NCBI GenBank assembly: GCA_049604295.1
Contig: JBMYTL010000007.1
Span: 8,172 to 72,171, forward strand
Length of the DNA: 64,000 bases
Origin: Gammaproteobacteria bacterium
GTDB taxonomy: Bacteria; Pseudomonadota; Gammaproteobacteria; JACKNK01
Direction: 5' to 3'
Shown here: piece by piece, positions 10,737 through 20,195 of the stretch
Position numbering within the stretch: position 1 is the stretch's first letter
Layout of the letters: the number at the start of each line of letters is the position of its first letter
Made by a program: the position numbers and the translations under genes
The notes under the pieces: model-generated
Database searches by the model: none
What the model was told of the DNA's origin: nothing
The model's input: the letters and a program-made list of their open reading frames with translations, nothing else

Positions 10737-10904
10737 CCCCCGCCAGTGCCTGCCTCGCGAGGCGGAATGAATATCGCATTGGCAATATCTGTACCGTTTC
10801 CCCCAATCCTCTACAATCGGGAATACACGTTCTGATCAACGGCCACGGACGTCCCGGCCAGAGAGTACCCAGGCGGGCCAGCGCGGCTCCTGAATAGAAG
10901 CGGA

Positions 10905-12434
10905 ATGAAGCAGTCCCTGCAGCTAAAACTCGGCCAGCAACTGGTAATGACGCCCCAGTTGCGGCAGGCCATCAAACTGCTTCAGCTCTCCACCCTGGAC
11001 CTGCAAGGCACCATCCAGGAGCAACTGGACTCCAACCTCATGTTGGAGGTGGACGAGGACGCTGAGCCGGTTGCGGACGGCGCCGATCAGCGCAGTGAAG
11101 GCCCGGACAGCCGCGATGCCGGGGACACCTCGGACAGCTCCGGCGACCCATCACCGGCCTCGGATGATGGCCCCGCCGAACCCGACACCAGCGACTCACT
11201 CACCGCTGCCAGCGAGAACATGCCGGGTGAATTGCCGGTGGATGTGGGCTGGGAGGATATCTACGACCCCTCCCCCGGCCCCTACAATGCCGCGCCCAGC
11301 GATGACAACGCGGTCGATTACTACGAGATAGCAGGGGCCCAGCGCGGCATGGGGTTGCAGGAACACCTGCAATGGCAGCTGGACATGACCCCCATGAGCC
11401 CCCTGGACCGGGTAATCGCCGAGGCGATCATCGACTCCATCGCCGATGACGGCTACCTGCGGTGTGAATTCGACGACATACGCACCGCTGTCGGCAGCGA
11501 GGAGGAAGTCAGCGATGAGGAGATCGAGGCCGTTCTGCACCGGGTCCAGCATTTCGACCCGGCCGGGGTCGCGGCCCGCACACCCGCCGAGTGCCTGACC
11601 GCACAACTCGATCAGCTGGCCCCGGACACCGCGTACCTCGCGGAGGCCCGTCAGGTGGTATCGCGTTTCCTGGACCAACTCGCGGCGCGCGACCTCAAAA
11701 CCATCATGCGACGCCTCAAGCTCGACATGGACACACTCAACGAGGTGATCGACATCGTGCGCTCCCTCAACCCACACCCCGGCCATGCCCTGGACGCGAA
11801 GGAACCCGAATACGTGGTTCCCGATGTTTTCGTCAGCAAGGGCAACGGGCAATGGAGAGTGGATCTCAACCCGGACACGGCTCCAAAACTGCGAATCAAC
11901 AGCCAATACGCAGGCCTCATCCGTCGCGGTGACAACAGCAAGGACAACACCTACATGCGGGACCACCTCCAAGAGGCCCGCTGGTTCATCAAAAGTCTGC
12001 GCAGCCGTAACGAAACCCTTCTCAAGGTGGCAAGCGCCATCGTCGATCGCCAACGCGCCTTTCTCGAACAGGGTGACGAAGCCATGGTCCCCCTGGTCCT
12101 GCGCGACGTGGCTGAAGCCGTGGAAATGCACGAGTCCACTATTTCCAGGGTGACGACCCAGAAATACATGCACACCCCCCGGGGCATCTACGAGTTCAAG
12201 TATTTCTTCTCCAGTCACGTCGGCACCGCTGATGGTGGCGAGTGTTCCGCGACGGCCATCCGGGCCATGATCAAGAAACTCTGTAGCGAGGAGAACCCCG
12301 CTAAGCCCTTGAGCGACAACAAGATCGCCAAGATCCTGGATGAACGGGGCATCCAGGTCGCCCGCCGCACGGTTGCGAAATATCGTGAATCGATGAACAT
12401 CCCACCCTCAAACGAACGCAAGCGCCTGGGGTAA
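10905..12434 (+). CDS. rpoN: RNA polymerase sigma-54 factor
   Basis: N-terminal MKQSLQLKLGQQLVMTPQLRQAIKLLQLSTLDL and C-terminal RpoN box ARRTVAKYRESM. Confidence 0.97.
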   Translation: MKQSLQLKLGQQLVMTPQLRQAIKLLQLSTLDLQGTIQEQLDSNLMLEVDEDAEPVADGADQRSEGPDSRDAGDTSDSSGDPSPASDDGPAEPDTSDSLTAASENMPGELPVDVGWEDIYDPSPGPYNAAPSDDNAVDYYEIAGAQRGMGLQEHLQWQLDMTPMSPLDRVIAEAIIDSIADDGYLRCEFDDIRTAVGSEEEVSDEEIEAVLHRVQHFDPAGVAARTPAECLTAQLDQLAPDTAYLAEARQVVSRFLDQLAARDLKTIMRRLKLDMDTLNEVIDIVRSLNPHPGHALDAKEPEYVVPDVFVSKGNGQWRVDLNPDTAPKLRINSQYAGLIRRGDNSKDNTYMRDHLQEARWFIKSLRSRNETLLKVASAIVDRQRAFLEQGDEAMVPLVLRDVAEAVEMHESTISRVTTQKYMHTPRGIYEFKYFFSSHVGTADGGECSATAIRAMIKKLCSEENPAKPLSDNKIAKILDERGIQVARRTVAKYRESMNIPPSNERKRLG

Positions 12435-12597
12435 GCGGACCTCGCCCGTTCCTGGAACCGCCCAGGGAACACGCGGGCGAAATGACCTCGATTGATGAAA
12501 AGTTACGCAAGCGGCGCCATATTCAATGTCAGGCGGAAATACCGCCCTGGCTTCCGCCGCTGAAGGCGACACGCCAGAACCCAAGAGGACCAAAAAA

Positions 12598-12915
12598 ATG
12601 CAGATAACCGTGACTGGTCGCCATTTCGATGTCACCGACCCCATCCGCAACTACGTGAATGAAAAGATGGAGCGTCTGGAACGCCACTTCGATCACGTTC
12701 ATGAAGTTGATGTGGTGTTGAGCGTCGAAAAACTGGACCAGAAGGCCGAGGCCACGGTCCACGTCAACGGCAACACACTGCACGCGGAAGCACACCACGA
12801 GGACCTGTACGCGGCGCTGGACGCACTCATCGACAAACTGGATCGTCAGGTCCGCAAGTACAAGGAAAAGCTGACGGATCACCATCGCTCGGAAAGCGTC
12901 AAACGCGACATCTGA
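12598..12915 (+). CDS. hpf: Ribosome hibernation promoting factor
   Basis: MQITVTGRHFDVTDPIRNYVNEKMERLERHF. Immediately downstream of rpoN. Confidence 0.9.
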   Translation: MQITVTGRHFDVTDPIRNYVNEKMERLERHFDHVHEVDVVLSVEKLDQKAEATVHVNGNTLHAEAHHEDLYAALDALIDKLDRQVRKYKEKLTDHHRSESVKRDI

Positions 12916-12977
12916 CCCCGCAATGACCCTGCATGCGGGCCGGCGGACCCAGGTCTGTCGGCCCGCTCCGATCTACC

Positions 12978-13445
12978 ATGCAAATACATCAACTCCTGGC
13001 GCCCGCGCGCATCGCCTGTTCCGGACAGGCGTCCAGTAAGAAGCGGGTGCTGGAAAATCTGGCGGACCTGCTCGCCCAAGGCAGCGACCAGGCACTGGAT
13101 GCCACCGAAATCTTCGACAGCCTGCTGGGCCGCGAACGGCTGGGCAGCACCGGTCTGGGACACGGCATTGCATTACCCCACGGGCGTATGCCTTATCACG
13201 GTCCGCCACTGGCGGCGTTCGTCACCCTGAAAAACGGCGTGGACTTCGACGCCCTCGACGGTGAGCCCGTACGCATGCTTTTCGCTCTGGTGATCCCCGA
13301 GGAATCCACGGACGAACACTTACAGATACTCGCCAACCTGGCCCGCATGTTCAGCGATGGCGGGTTTCGCGAGCAGCTCATGGAGTGCGGAGCGCCGGAG
13401 GATGCCCTGAAAGCATTCGCGCACTGGGCCCCACAGGAGCCATGA
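12978..13445 (+). CDS. ptsN: Nitrogen-related PTS EIIA (EIIA-Ntr)
   Basis: EIIA-Ntr pattern with the phosphorylatable-His context GLGHGIALPHGR. Confidence 0.9.
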   Translation: MQIHQLLAPARIACSGQASSKKRVLENLADLLAQGSDQALDATEIFDSLLGRERLGSTGLGHGIALPHGRMPYHGPPLAAFVTLKNGVDFDALDGEPVRMLFALVIPEESTDEHLQILANLARMFSDGGFREQLMECGAPEDALKAFAHWAPQEP

Positions 13446-14389
13446 ATCCCTGCCCGTCCACGGCCGACCAGGTCTTCCAACGCTTGCGAACCACGCTTCG
13501 CTGGGGCTGGGGCGCTGGCGAAGGCGGCCGTGAACGGACCATCTGCAGCAGCACGCACCCCATCGGCCGCGCCATGGTCGGCCACCTCAATCCGCTGCGC
13601 ACACACCGCATCACCATACTGGGGCGCCAGGAACTGGAGTTCATCGAGGCGATGGAATCCGGCAACCGTCACGATTTCGTGACGGATCTGGTAACCCAGC
13701 CGCTCAACATCCTGGTCCTGGCCGATGGCCTGGAGTTACCGGAGTTTCTGCGTGAACCTGCCGATGCGCACGATTTCCCGGTATGGGTCAGTCCGACGCC
13801 AAGCCATGAATTGGTACGCGAGGTCCAGTATTTCGTCGATGGACACCTGACCGTACCGTTGATCCTGCACGGGGTATTGCTGGACGTATTCGGCATGGGC
13901 GTGCTGATCACCGGCGATCCCGGCGTAGGCAAGAGCGAGCTGGCATTGGAGTTGATCAGCAGGGGCCATCGGTTGATTGCGGACGACGCTCCCGAGTTTC
14001 GACGCACCGCGCCCGATACCGTTACCGGAACCTGCCCGGATACGATTCGCGGTTTCATGGAAGTTCGTGGTCTCGGCGTCCTCGACATCAGCGCCATGTA
14101 CGGCGATACCGCGATCAAACCGCGCCAGAACCTGAGGCTCATCGTTCACCTCGAGCGTATGAGCGTCGAACAGATCCATGCCATCGACCGCTTGCGTGGA
14201 AGTCGCAGCACGCACACCATTCTCGAAGTGGATGTGCCCATGGTGACGCTCCCGGTCGCTCCGGGACGGGACCTGGCCGTCCTGCTGGAGACCGCTGTAC
14301 GCAACCAGCACCTGGTGGCCCGCGGCCACGATGCGAGCGAAGTGTTCACGCGCGTTCAATCCGAGGCAATGGCTCGCAAGCAATCCTGA
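13442..14389 (+). CDS. hprK: HPr kinase/phosphorylase
   Basis: P-loop GDPGVGKSELALELISRGHRLIADD and MEVRGLGVLD signature. ATGA overlap with ptsN. Confidence 0.87.
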   Translation: MNPCPSTADQVFQRLRTTLRWGWGAGEGGRERTICSSTHPIGRAMVGHLNPLRTHRITILGRQELEFIEAMESGNRHDFVTDLVTQPLNILVLADGLELPEFLREPADAHDFPVWVSPTPSHELVREVQYFVDGHLTVPLILHGVLLDVFGMGVLITGDPGVGKSELALELISRGHRLIADDAPEFRRTAPDTVTGTCPDTIRGFMEVRGLGVLDISAMYGDTAIKPRQNLRLIVHLERMSVEQIHAIDRLRGSRSTHTILEVDVPMVTLPVAPGRDLAVLLETAVRNQHLVARGHDASEVFTRVQSEAMARKQS

Positions 14390-14452
14390 ATACGGCCCCT
14401 GCACCCACCTCTCTCAACCACAAAACCCGCCGCCCAGCAGCCAGCACCGTCC

Positions 14453-15307
14453 ATGAAACTGACCGTCATCAGCGGCCTGTCCGGATCAGGAAAGAGTATC
14501 GCTCTGCACACACTGGAGGATCTCGACTATTACTGCGTCGACAACCTCCCCCTGGGCCTGCTTCCCTCACTGTCACCTCTGCTTGAGAGCAATCTGGCGG
14601 CGGGTCGGCCAGTGGCGGTCAGCATCGATGCCCGCAATGATGTCTCCGGGCTGAACGCGTTCCCCGGGATCTTGGAAGAGTTATCCCAACAGGGCATCGA
14701 GTGCGAGATCCTGTTCCTGCGTTCCGATGCGGACGCTTTACTTACCCGCTACAGCGAATCACGCCGCAAACACCCCCTCAGTGGTGACGACACCCCCCTC
14801 GCTGAGGCCATCGACCGCGAAGCACGCCTGCTTGAAGGTATTGCCAATCGGGCAGACCTGATCATCGACACCACGCATACCCATGTTCACCAGCTACGGG
14901 AACTGATCCGCGAACGGGTGCACGGACGGCAACCACGTACGCTCTCCGTGTTACTGCAATCATTCGGTTTCAAGCACGGCGTGCCCGCGGATACCGATTT
15001 CGTCTTTGACGTGCGTTGCCTGCCGAACCCGCACTGGGATCCCCAACTTCGCCCCCTGACAGGGCGCGATCAGCCGGTCGCCGAGTTCCTCGCGGGCCAC
15101 GGGTCCGTTCAGGACATGTTCACGCACCTGGAACAATTCATTAAGACCTGGATACCGTCATTCCAGGCGGACAACCGCAGCTACCTGACCTTTTCCATCG
15201 GCTGCACCGGCGGACAACATCGCTCCGTCTATCTCACCGAGCGGCTACATGCCAGCGTGTCGGCGCACTTCCCCAACGTGCTGTTGCGCCACCGGGAGCT
15301 GTCATGA
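14453..15307 (+). CDS. rapZ: RNase adapter / nucleotide-binding protein RapZ (YhbJ)
   Basis: MKLTVISGLSGSGKSIALHTLEDLDYYCVDNLP and C-terminal IGCTGGQHRSV. Confidence 0.92.
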   Translation: MKLTVISGLSGSGKSIALHTLEDLDYYCVDNLPLGLLPSLSPLLESNLAAGRPVAVSIDARNDVSGLNAFPGILEELSQQGIECEILFLRSDADALLTRYSESRRKHPLSGDDTPLAEAIDREARLLEGIANRADLIIDTTHTHVHQLRELIRERVHGRQPRTLSVLLQSFGFKHGVPADTDFVFDVRCLPNPHWDPQLRPLTGRDQPVAEFLAGHGSVQDMFTHLEQFIKTWIPSFQADNRSYLTFSIGCTGGQHRSVYLTERLHASVSAHFPNVLLRHRELS

Positions 15308-15317
15308 GGGAGCTGTT

Positions 15318-15713
15318 ATGAGCGTCGGCGTTCTGATCGTCACCCACAACCGCATCGGCACGGAGTTGCTCGAAACGGTTCGCATCACACTCGGTGGCAC
15401 TCTTCCACTGGCCGCCGCCGCATTGGAGGTCCCCACGGATGTGGACCTGGGCACACTGCGCAAACGGATCGACACCCTGGTCCCGCGACTCGACGGCGGC
15501 GACGGTTTGCTCATCCTCTGTGATGCCTTCGGGGCCACACCCTGCAATCAGGCCCATGCGCTGGTGGATGAACGGGGTGCCCACCTCGTCAGTGGCGTCA
15601 ACCTGACCATGCTGTTGAAGGTATTCAACTACCACACCCTGCCCGTCGACCAACTCGCCATCAAGGCAGCCGAGGGTGCCCGCCAGGGCATCGTCGTCCA
15701 CGCCCCCGACTAG
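15318..15713 (+). CDS. PTS EIIA component, mannose/fructose family
   Basis: MSVGVLIVTHNRIGTELLETV (EIIA-Man His context). 131 aa. Confidence 0.8.
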   Translation: MSVGVLIVTHNRIGTELLETVRITLGGTLPLAAAALEVPTDVDLGTLRKRIDTLVPRLDGGDGLLILCDAFGATPCNQAHALVDERGAHLVSGVNLTMLLKVFNYHTLPVDQLAIKAAEGARQGIVVHAPD

Positions 15714-15721
15714 TGCCCCTC

Positions 15722-15991
15722 ATGCTTGAAACCCAAGTCACCATCGTCAACCGCCTCGGCCTCCACGCGCGCGCCGCCGCCAAGTTCGTGAGCACGGCCT
15801 CCGCATACTCCAGTGAAATACTCATCGGTTCCGATGGTCGTGAGGTCAATGGAAAATCCATCATGGGTGTCATGATGTTGGCGGCCTCCAAGGGCACTGA
15901 ACTGACCTTGAAATCCAATGGCCCGGACGAGCAGGAAGCTCGAGACGCCCTGGTCAGACTGATCGACGAGCGATTCGGTGAGCCGGATTAA
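15722..15991 (+). CDS. ptsH: Phosphocarrier protein HPr/NPr
   Basis: With ATG at 15722 the protein is MLETQVTIVNRLGLHARAA. This places His at position 15 and Ser at position 46 (NGKSIMGVM), i.e. both the EI and the HprK target residues. Confidence 0.9.
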   Translation: MLETQVTIVNRLGLHARAAAKFVSTASAYSSEILIGSDGREVNGKSIMGVMMLAASKGTELTLKSNGPDEQEARDALVRLIDERFGEPD

Positions 15992-16031
15992 ACACCCCGC
16001 GCCCCCCACCGCGCCAGGGACCTGATCCGCC

Positions 16032-17786
16032 ATGGCGCTCGCACTTTCGGGATTGGGGATCGGCGATGGCATCGCCATAGGTGCCGCGCATATCCTCAAT
16101 CGGGAAATACCGGAGGTTCCGGAGTACTACCTCCCCCCCGAAGCCCGTGAGAAGGAAATCCGCCGTTTCCGCCTCTCCCTGGAACGGGCTCGAAATCAAC
16201 TCCAGGCGGTACGTGAGCGTATTCCCCCGGGCACCCGCGCCGATATCGCCGACTTCATTGATGCACACCTGCTCATGCTCGCGGATTCGGCGCTCAGCCA
16301 GGTTCCCGTTGCGATTATCCGCGAGCGCGGCTGTAACGCGGAGTGGGCCCTGAAGCAGCAATGCGATGACCTGTGTTCAGTCTTCGACGAAATGGAGGAT
16401 CCGTACCTGGCCACGCGCCGCGACGACGTGGTGCACGTGGTCACACGGGTACAACGCATCCTCGTCGACGGCGACAACGGCAGTGAACTCCATGGAGAAA
16501 CAGGACAGGAATCCCCGGAGCTGCCCCTGAAAGGGAAAATCGTCCTGGCCGAAGACCTCACGCCCGCCGACATGATCGTGTTGCAACACCAGGGCATTGC
16601 CGGGTTCGTAACCGAATACGGCGGCCCTCTCTCTCACACGGCGATCCTGGCACGCAACCTCAGAATCCCCGCCATTGTGGGTGCGCACTCCGCCCGCCGC
16701 TACCTCCATGACGGCGAGATGCTGGTACTCGACAGCTCGACCGGAGTCGTCCTGCAGGGGCTTGAAGACCCGGGTTTCGAGGAATTCCACTACCGCCAGC
16801 TTCAGGACATGCGGCAGCGGGAGTCGCTGCACGCCTTGCGTGCGGAACCGGCGATCAGCCGTGATGGCCATACCATCGCCCTGCGCGCCAACATCGAACT
16901 GCTGGAAGACGCCCATGCAGCCCGTGAGAACGGCGCGGACGGGGTCGGCCTGTACCGCACCGAGTTCCTGTTCATGAACCGGTCAGACACGCCCGATGAA
17001 GAGGAACACTTTCGCACCTACCGATCGGTGATTGAGGCATTGGATGGACAACCGCTGACCATCCGGACCCTGGATCTCGGCGCCGACAAACCACTCGCCA
17101 CTGACCGCAGTGTGCCCACCAACCCTGCCCTGGGTCTGCGTGCCGTACGTCTATGCCTCAAAGAGCCCGAGCTGTTCATGCCGCAGTTACGCGCCATTCT
17201 GCGCGCTTCGATCCATGGCCAGGTGCGTATCCTCATCCCCATGATCAGCACGCTGCGCGAGATCCAGCAGGTACGTGCCTTGATCCGCACGGCCCGTGAA
17301 GAACTGGAGCGCGCCGGTCACCCCATCGCCCCCGACATCCCCCTGGGTGCAATGATCGAGGTGCCCGCCGCGGCTCTGGCCGCTCATCGCTACGCGCGCG
17401 AACTGGACTTCCTCTCCATCGGGACCAATGACCTGATCCAGTACACATTGGCCATCGACCGGGTCGATGACGAGGTGAACTACCTTTACGACCCCATGCA
17501 TCCCGCCGTGATCAGGCTGCTCAACCTGACCCTGGAAGCGGCCAGATCGGCGGACATACCTGTCTCCCTATGTGGCGAGATGGCCAGTGACCCCCGCTAC
17601 ACCCGCTTCCTTCTGGCCCTGGGCCTGCGCGAGTTCAGCATGCATCCAGCGAGCCTTCTGGACGTGAAGAAAGTCGTGACCGAGACATCCATTGAAGAAC
17701 TGGGCGAACATGTTTCCCGGCTGCTGCACACGGAAGACGAGGGTGAAGCCATACGTGTTCTTCTTGAGGCCCTGAATACCGCCTGA
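16032..17786 (+). CDS. ptsI: Phosphoenolpyruvate-protein phosphotransferase (Enzyme I, no GAF domain)
   Basis: 584 aa, GGPLSHTAILARNLRIPAIVG (active His), PEP-utilising C-terminal barrel (GTNDLIQYTLAIDR, SLCGEMA). Confidence 0.92.
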   Translation: MALALSGLGIGDGIAIGAAHILNREIPEVPEYYLPPEAREKEIRRFRLSLERARNQLQAVRERIPPGTRADIADFIDAHLLMLADSALSQVPVAIIRERGCNAEWALKQQCDDLCSVFDEMEDPYLATRRDDVVHVVTRVQRILVDGDNGSELHGETGQESPELPLKGKIVLAEDLTPADMIVLQHQGIAGFVTEYGGPLSHTAILARNLRIPAIVGAHSARRYLHDGEMLVLDSSTGVVLQGLEDPGFEEFHYRQLQDMRQRESLHALRAEPAISRDGHTIALRANIELLEDAHAARENGADGVGLYRTEFLFMNRSDTPDEEEHFRTYRSVIEALDGQPLTIRTLDLGADKPLATDRSVPTNPALGLRAVRLCLKEPELFMPQLRAILRASIHGQVRILIPMISTLREIQQVRALIRTAREELERAGHPIAPDIPLGAMIEVPAAALAAHRYARELDFLSIGTNDLIQYTLAIDRVDDEVNYLYDPMHPAVIRLLNLTLEAARSADIPVSLCGEMASDPRYTRFLLALGLREFSMHPASLLDVKKVVTETSIEELGEHVSRLLHTEDEGEAIRVLLEALNTA

Positions 17787-17842
17787 GCACCCCCTGAACA
17801 CCGCTTGGACGTCGGCTGTACGCGCTTGGCGCTTACCCGCAA

Positions 17843-18472
17843 CTAGCGCTCCGTCGCATCGCGTGCGCGCAACGCCCCGATATGAGACTCCAGCCGATCC
17901 ATGAAACCGTCCAGACCCTGCTTGCGGATATCACTCTCGAAGTCGCGCCGTAATGTGATGACTGCGCTGATTCCGGCGATCACAACGTCATAGACACGCC
18001 ACTGGCCATCGACGCGGCGCATGGCGTAATTCACGGGGACCGCGGGACGATCACCAATCAGCAACTCCGTCCTGACCGTGGCGCGGTCCGTCTCTCGCGG
18101 CGGCAAAGGCGGCGGAAATTCGATTCGGATGTCATCAGCGTATTCCAATAAAGGCGCCGTGTAGGTCCGAAGCAGCATTTCCCGAAAAAGGCCCTCGAAG
18201 CGGCGCAACTGGACCTCGTCCGCATCGCGCGCGGCCCGCCCCAGGGCCAGGCGTGCCGTGAGCCTGAAATCGAGGGCCGGCATCAGAATCTGCTCGACAA
18301 GCGACATCAATGCCAGGCGATCGCCACTTAGGCGCCCGCGTTCCGCGCGCAGGGCCGTCAGAAGCTGATCGGAGGTATCCCGGACAACGGCGACCGCGGC
18401 ACCGTCCTGGGCCCGTACAGGCATTGCCACGATCACGATCAGAAACAGCGTCAGGAATAACGAACGCAGCAT
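17843..18472 (-). CDS. MlaC/Ttg2D-family periplasmic lipid-binding protein, paralogue 2
   Basis: Signal peptide MLRSLFLTLFLIVIVAMPVRA. MlaC pattern PALDFRLTARLALGRAARDADEVQ ... GQWRVYDVVIAGISAVITLRRDF ... GLDGFMDRL. Confidence 0.8.
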   Translation of the reverse strand: MLRSLFLTLFLIVIVAMPVRAQDGAAVAVVRDTSDQLLTALRAERGRLSGDRLALMSLVEQILMPALDFRLTARLALGRAARDADEVQLRRFEGLFREMLLRTYTAPLLEYADDIRIEFPPPLPPRETDRATVRTELLIGDRPAVPVNYAMRRVDGQWRVYDVVIAGISAVITLRRDFESDIRKQGLDGFMDRLESHIGALRARDATER

Positions 18473-18603
18473 GACTCACCCATCAGTGTCGGCCTGCGCG
18501 ACACCAACCGTGCCGCCCGGGCCATCCAGCTCACTCGGCCCGCGTGCGGCCCACAGTCAGCAGTGTTGCCCTGGCGAGCGCCCGGACGTGGCGAGGCCCC
18601 CGC

Positions 18604-19359
18604 CTACAACCCCTCAAGCTCGGCCTCGAGGGCCTCATCAAGCGCCTCGTCAATGCCAGGAGTCGGCGGATCACCGTCGTAGACCTTGTACATGCGGTTC
18701 TGTCTGTAGGCCTCGCGGGTGAATACGTAGGGATCCAGCGCTGCCTCGTCCCGAACCCGCGAAGCGGTCTTGAGGTTGGCTCGGCTGTTGACGATGCTGA
18801 GCACCGACAAAGGCCCGGTCACACCGCTATCCCAGATGTAGTACATGGGGTTGGTGATGAATGACATCGGAATGTTGCCCACGTCGCGCAGGTTGTTGGG
18901 GCCGGAAAAGGGCACAAACAGGTAGGGGCCCTCGCCCAATCCCCAGACCCCCAGGGTCTGCCCCAGGTCCTCATCGTGGGCCTCGAATCCCATGGGCGTC
19001 GCCACATCAAAGATGCCCAGTAGCCCGATGGTCGAATTGATCGCCAAGCGTGCCGTATCGGATGCACCCTGCTCCACCTTACCCTGCAGCAGGTCGTTCA
19101 CGATCACGTTCACGGTGCCGAGGTTGTCGAAGAAATTGGTCACCCCGTCACGAACGGGGTCCGGCGTGACCAGGATATAGAAGTCCGCGACGGGCTCGAG
19201 GAACGCACGATCAGCAAGGTCCGTCACCCCGTACATGATGCGGTTCACCGGCTCGATGGGGTCTGGGTCATAGGCACCGTAAGGATCGGTTGCGCAACCG
19301 TTAAGCCCCAGGGTCAGCAATGCCAGGAGCGCCAACACAGATTTTCGGAAAGCGTTCAT
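18604..19359 (-). CDS. mlaA: Outer-membrane lipoprotein MlaA/VacJ family
   Basis: Lipobox LTLGLNGC, and VacJ motifs DPIEPVNRIMYGVTDLADRAFLEPV, FFDNLGTVNVIVNDLLQGK. Confidence 0.87.
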   Translation of the reverse strand: MNAFRKSVLALLALLTLGLNGCATDPYGAYDPDPIEPVNRIMYGVTDLADRAFLEPVADFYILVTPDPVRDGVTNFFDNLGTVNVIVNDLLQGKVEQGASDTARLAINSTIGLLGIFDVATPMGFEAHDEDLGQTLGVWGLGEGPYLFVPFSGPNNLRDVGNIPMSFITNPMYYIWDSGVTGPLSVLSIVNSRANLKTASRVRDEAALDPYVFTREAYRQNRMYKVYDGDPPTPGIDEALDEALEAELEGL

Positions 19360-19407
19360 TTAATCCTCATTCTTGAATGCTGTTCCCGCCCCAGGAATCT
19401 AACTCGT

Positions 19408-19431
19408 TACAAACCCGGGAATGGTCCCGGG
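19408..19431 (-). terminator. Possible weak intrinsic terminator after the third MlaC-like gene
   Basis: Minus strand reads CCCGGGA-ccat-TCCCGGG followed by TTTGT. 7-bp GC stem but a short U-tract. Confidence 0.4.
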
Positions 19432-19478
19432 AAACGCCGCGGATGCGCCCACCGCGCGGACAGGCTCGGCGTTACGGT

Positions 19479-20117
19479 TCAGTGACGCCTGCGTGTCTCC
19501 AATTCGTTTTCCAAACTGTTTATCAGTCCGTCCACGCCCCCCTCCGACAGCACCGCATGGTAGCGCCGGTGAAGCAGGGCCAGTTCGGACACCCCATCGG
19601 CCAACACATTCACAACGCGCCAGCCCCGGTCCGAGCGGCGCAGTATATAGCTAAGGCGATGACGCTCACCATCTCCCGATACCCAGGTACTGTTCAGGTG
19701 GGTCAGGTCCAGACCATCCTTTCTTCCCCGCTGATACTGGAATTTTGCGCCCTCGAACGCCCCGGCGCGGGTGGCGTATTCCCCCACCATATAACGGGCA
19801 TGCACATCGATCAGGCGATTGCGCTCCGCCCGTCCCATCTCCGCCCAGGTCGGACCGAGGATGGCCTCGAGCATGAAATCGAGGTCATGGCCGCGGTTGA
19901 TCTCTGGGGCGAGCAGGGCCACCCGCTTGCGCCAGACATTCTCAGTGTCCGCCTCCAGGGCGGCGGCATCAATGAGGGCTGCATGCAGACTTTCCACGGT
20001 GGCCTTCGCCGAGCGCGAAGCGCCGAACACGGGAGCGCAAGAGAACGCCACGATCACCAGGGCCGACACCCACAACGACCGGGATAACCGCCGACCACCC
20101 GGACGTGAACCAAACAT
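19479..20117 (-). CDS. MlaC/Ttg2D-family protein, paralogue 3 (HpnM-like by context)
   Basis: 212 aa from ATG 20117 with signal peptide LWVSALVIVAFSCAPVFGA. MlaC pattern HDLDFMLEAILGPTWAEMGRAERN ... RGWRVVNVLADGVSELALLHRRY ... GVDGLINSL. The longer 403-aa ORF-track version crosses the dxs promoter region and is rejected. Confidence 0.72.
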   Translation of the reverse strand: MFGSRPGGRRLSRSLWVSALVIVAFSCAPVFGASRSAKATVESLHAALIDAAALEADTENVWRKRVALLAPEINRGHDLDFMLEAILGPTWAEMGRAERNRLIDVHARYMVGEYATRAGAFEGAKFQYQRGRKDGLDLTHLNSTWVSGDGERHRLSYILRRSDRGWRVVNVLADGVSELALLHRRYHAVLSEGGVDGLINSLENELETRRRH

Positions 20118-20195
20118 GCTGCGCTGCACTGAAACCATGGGGCGCAAATGATATTCTCTGCGGCTCTTTGCCGCACCCGGAAAACCCTCCCGCCC

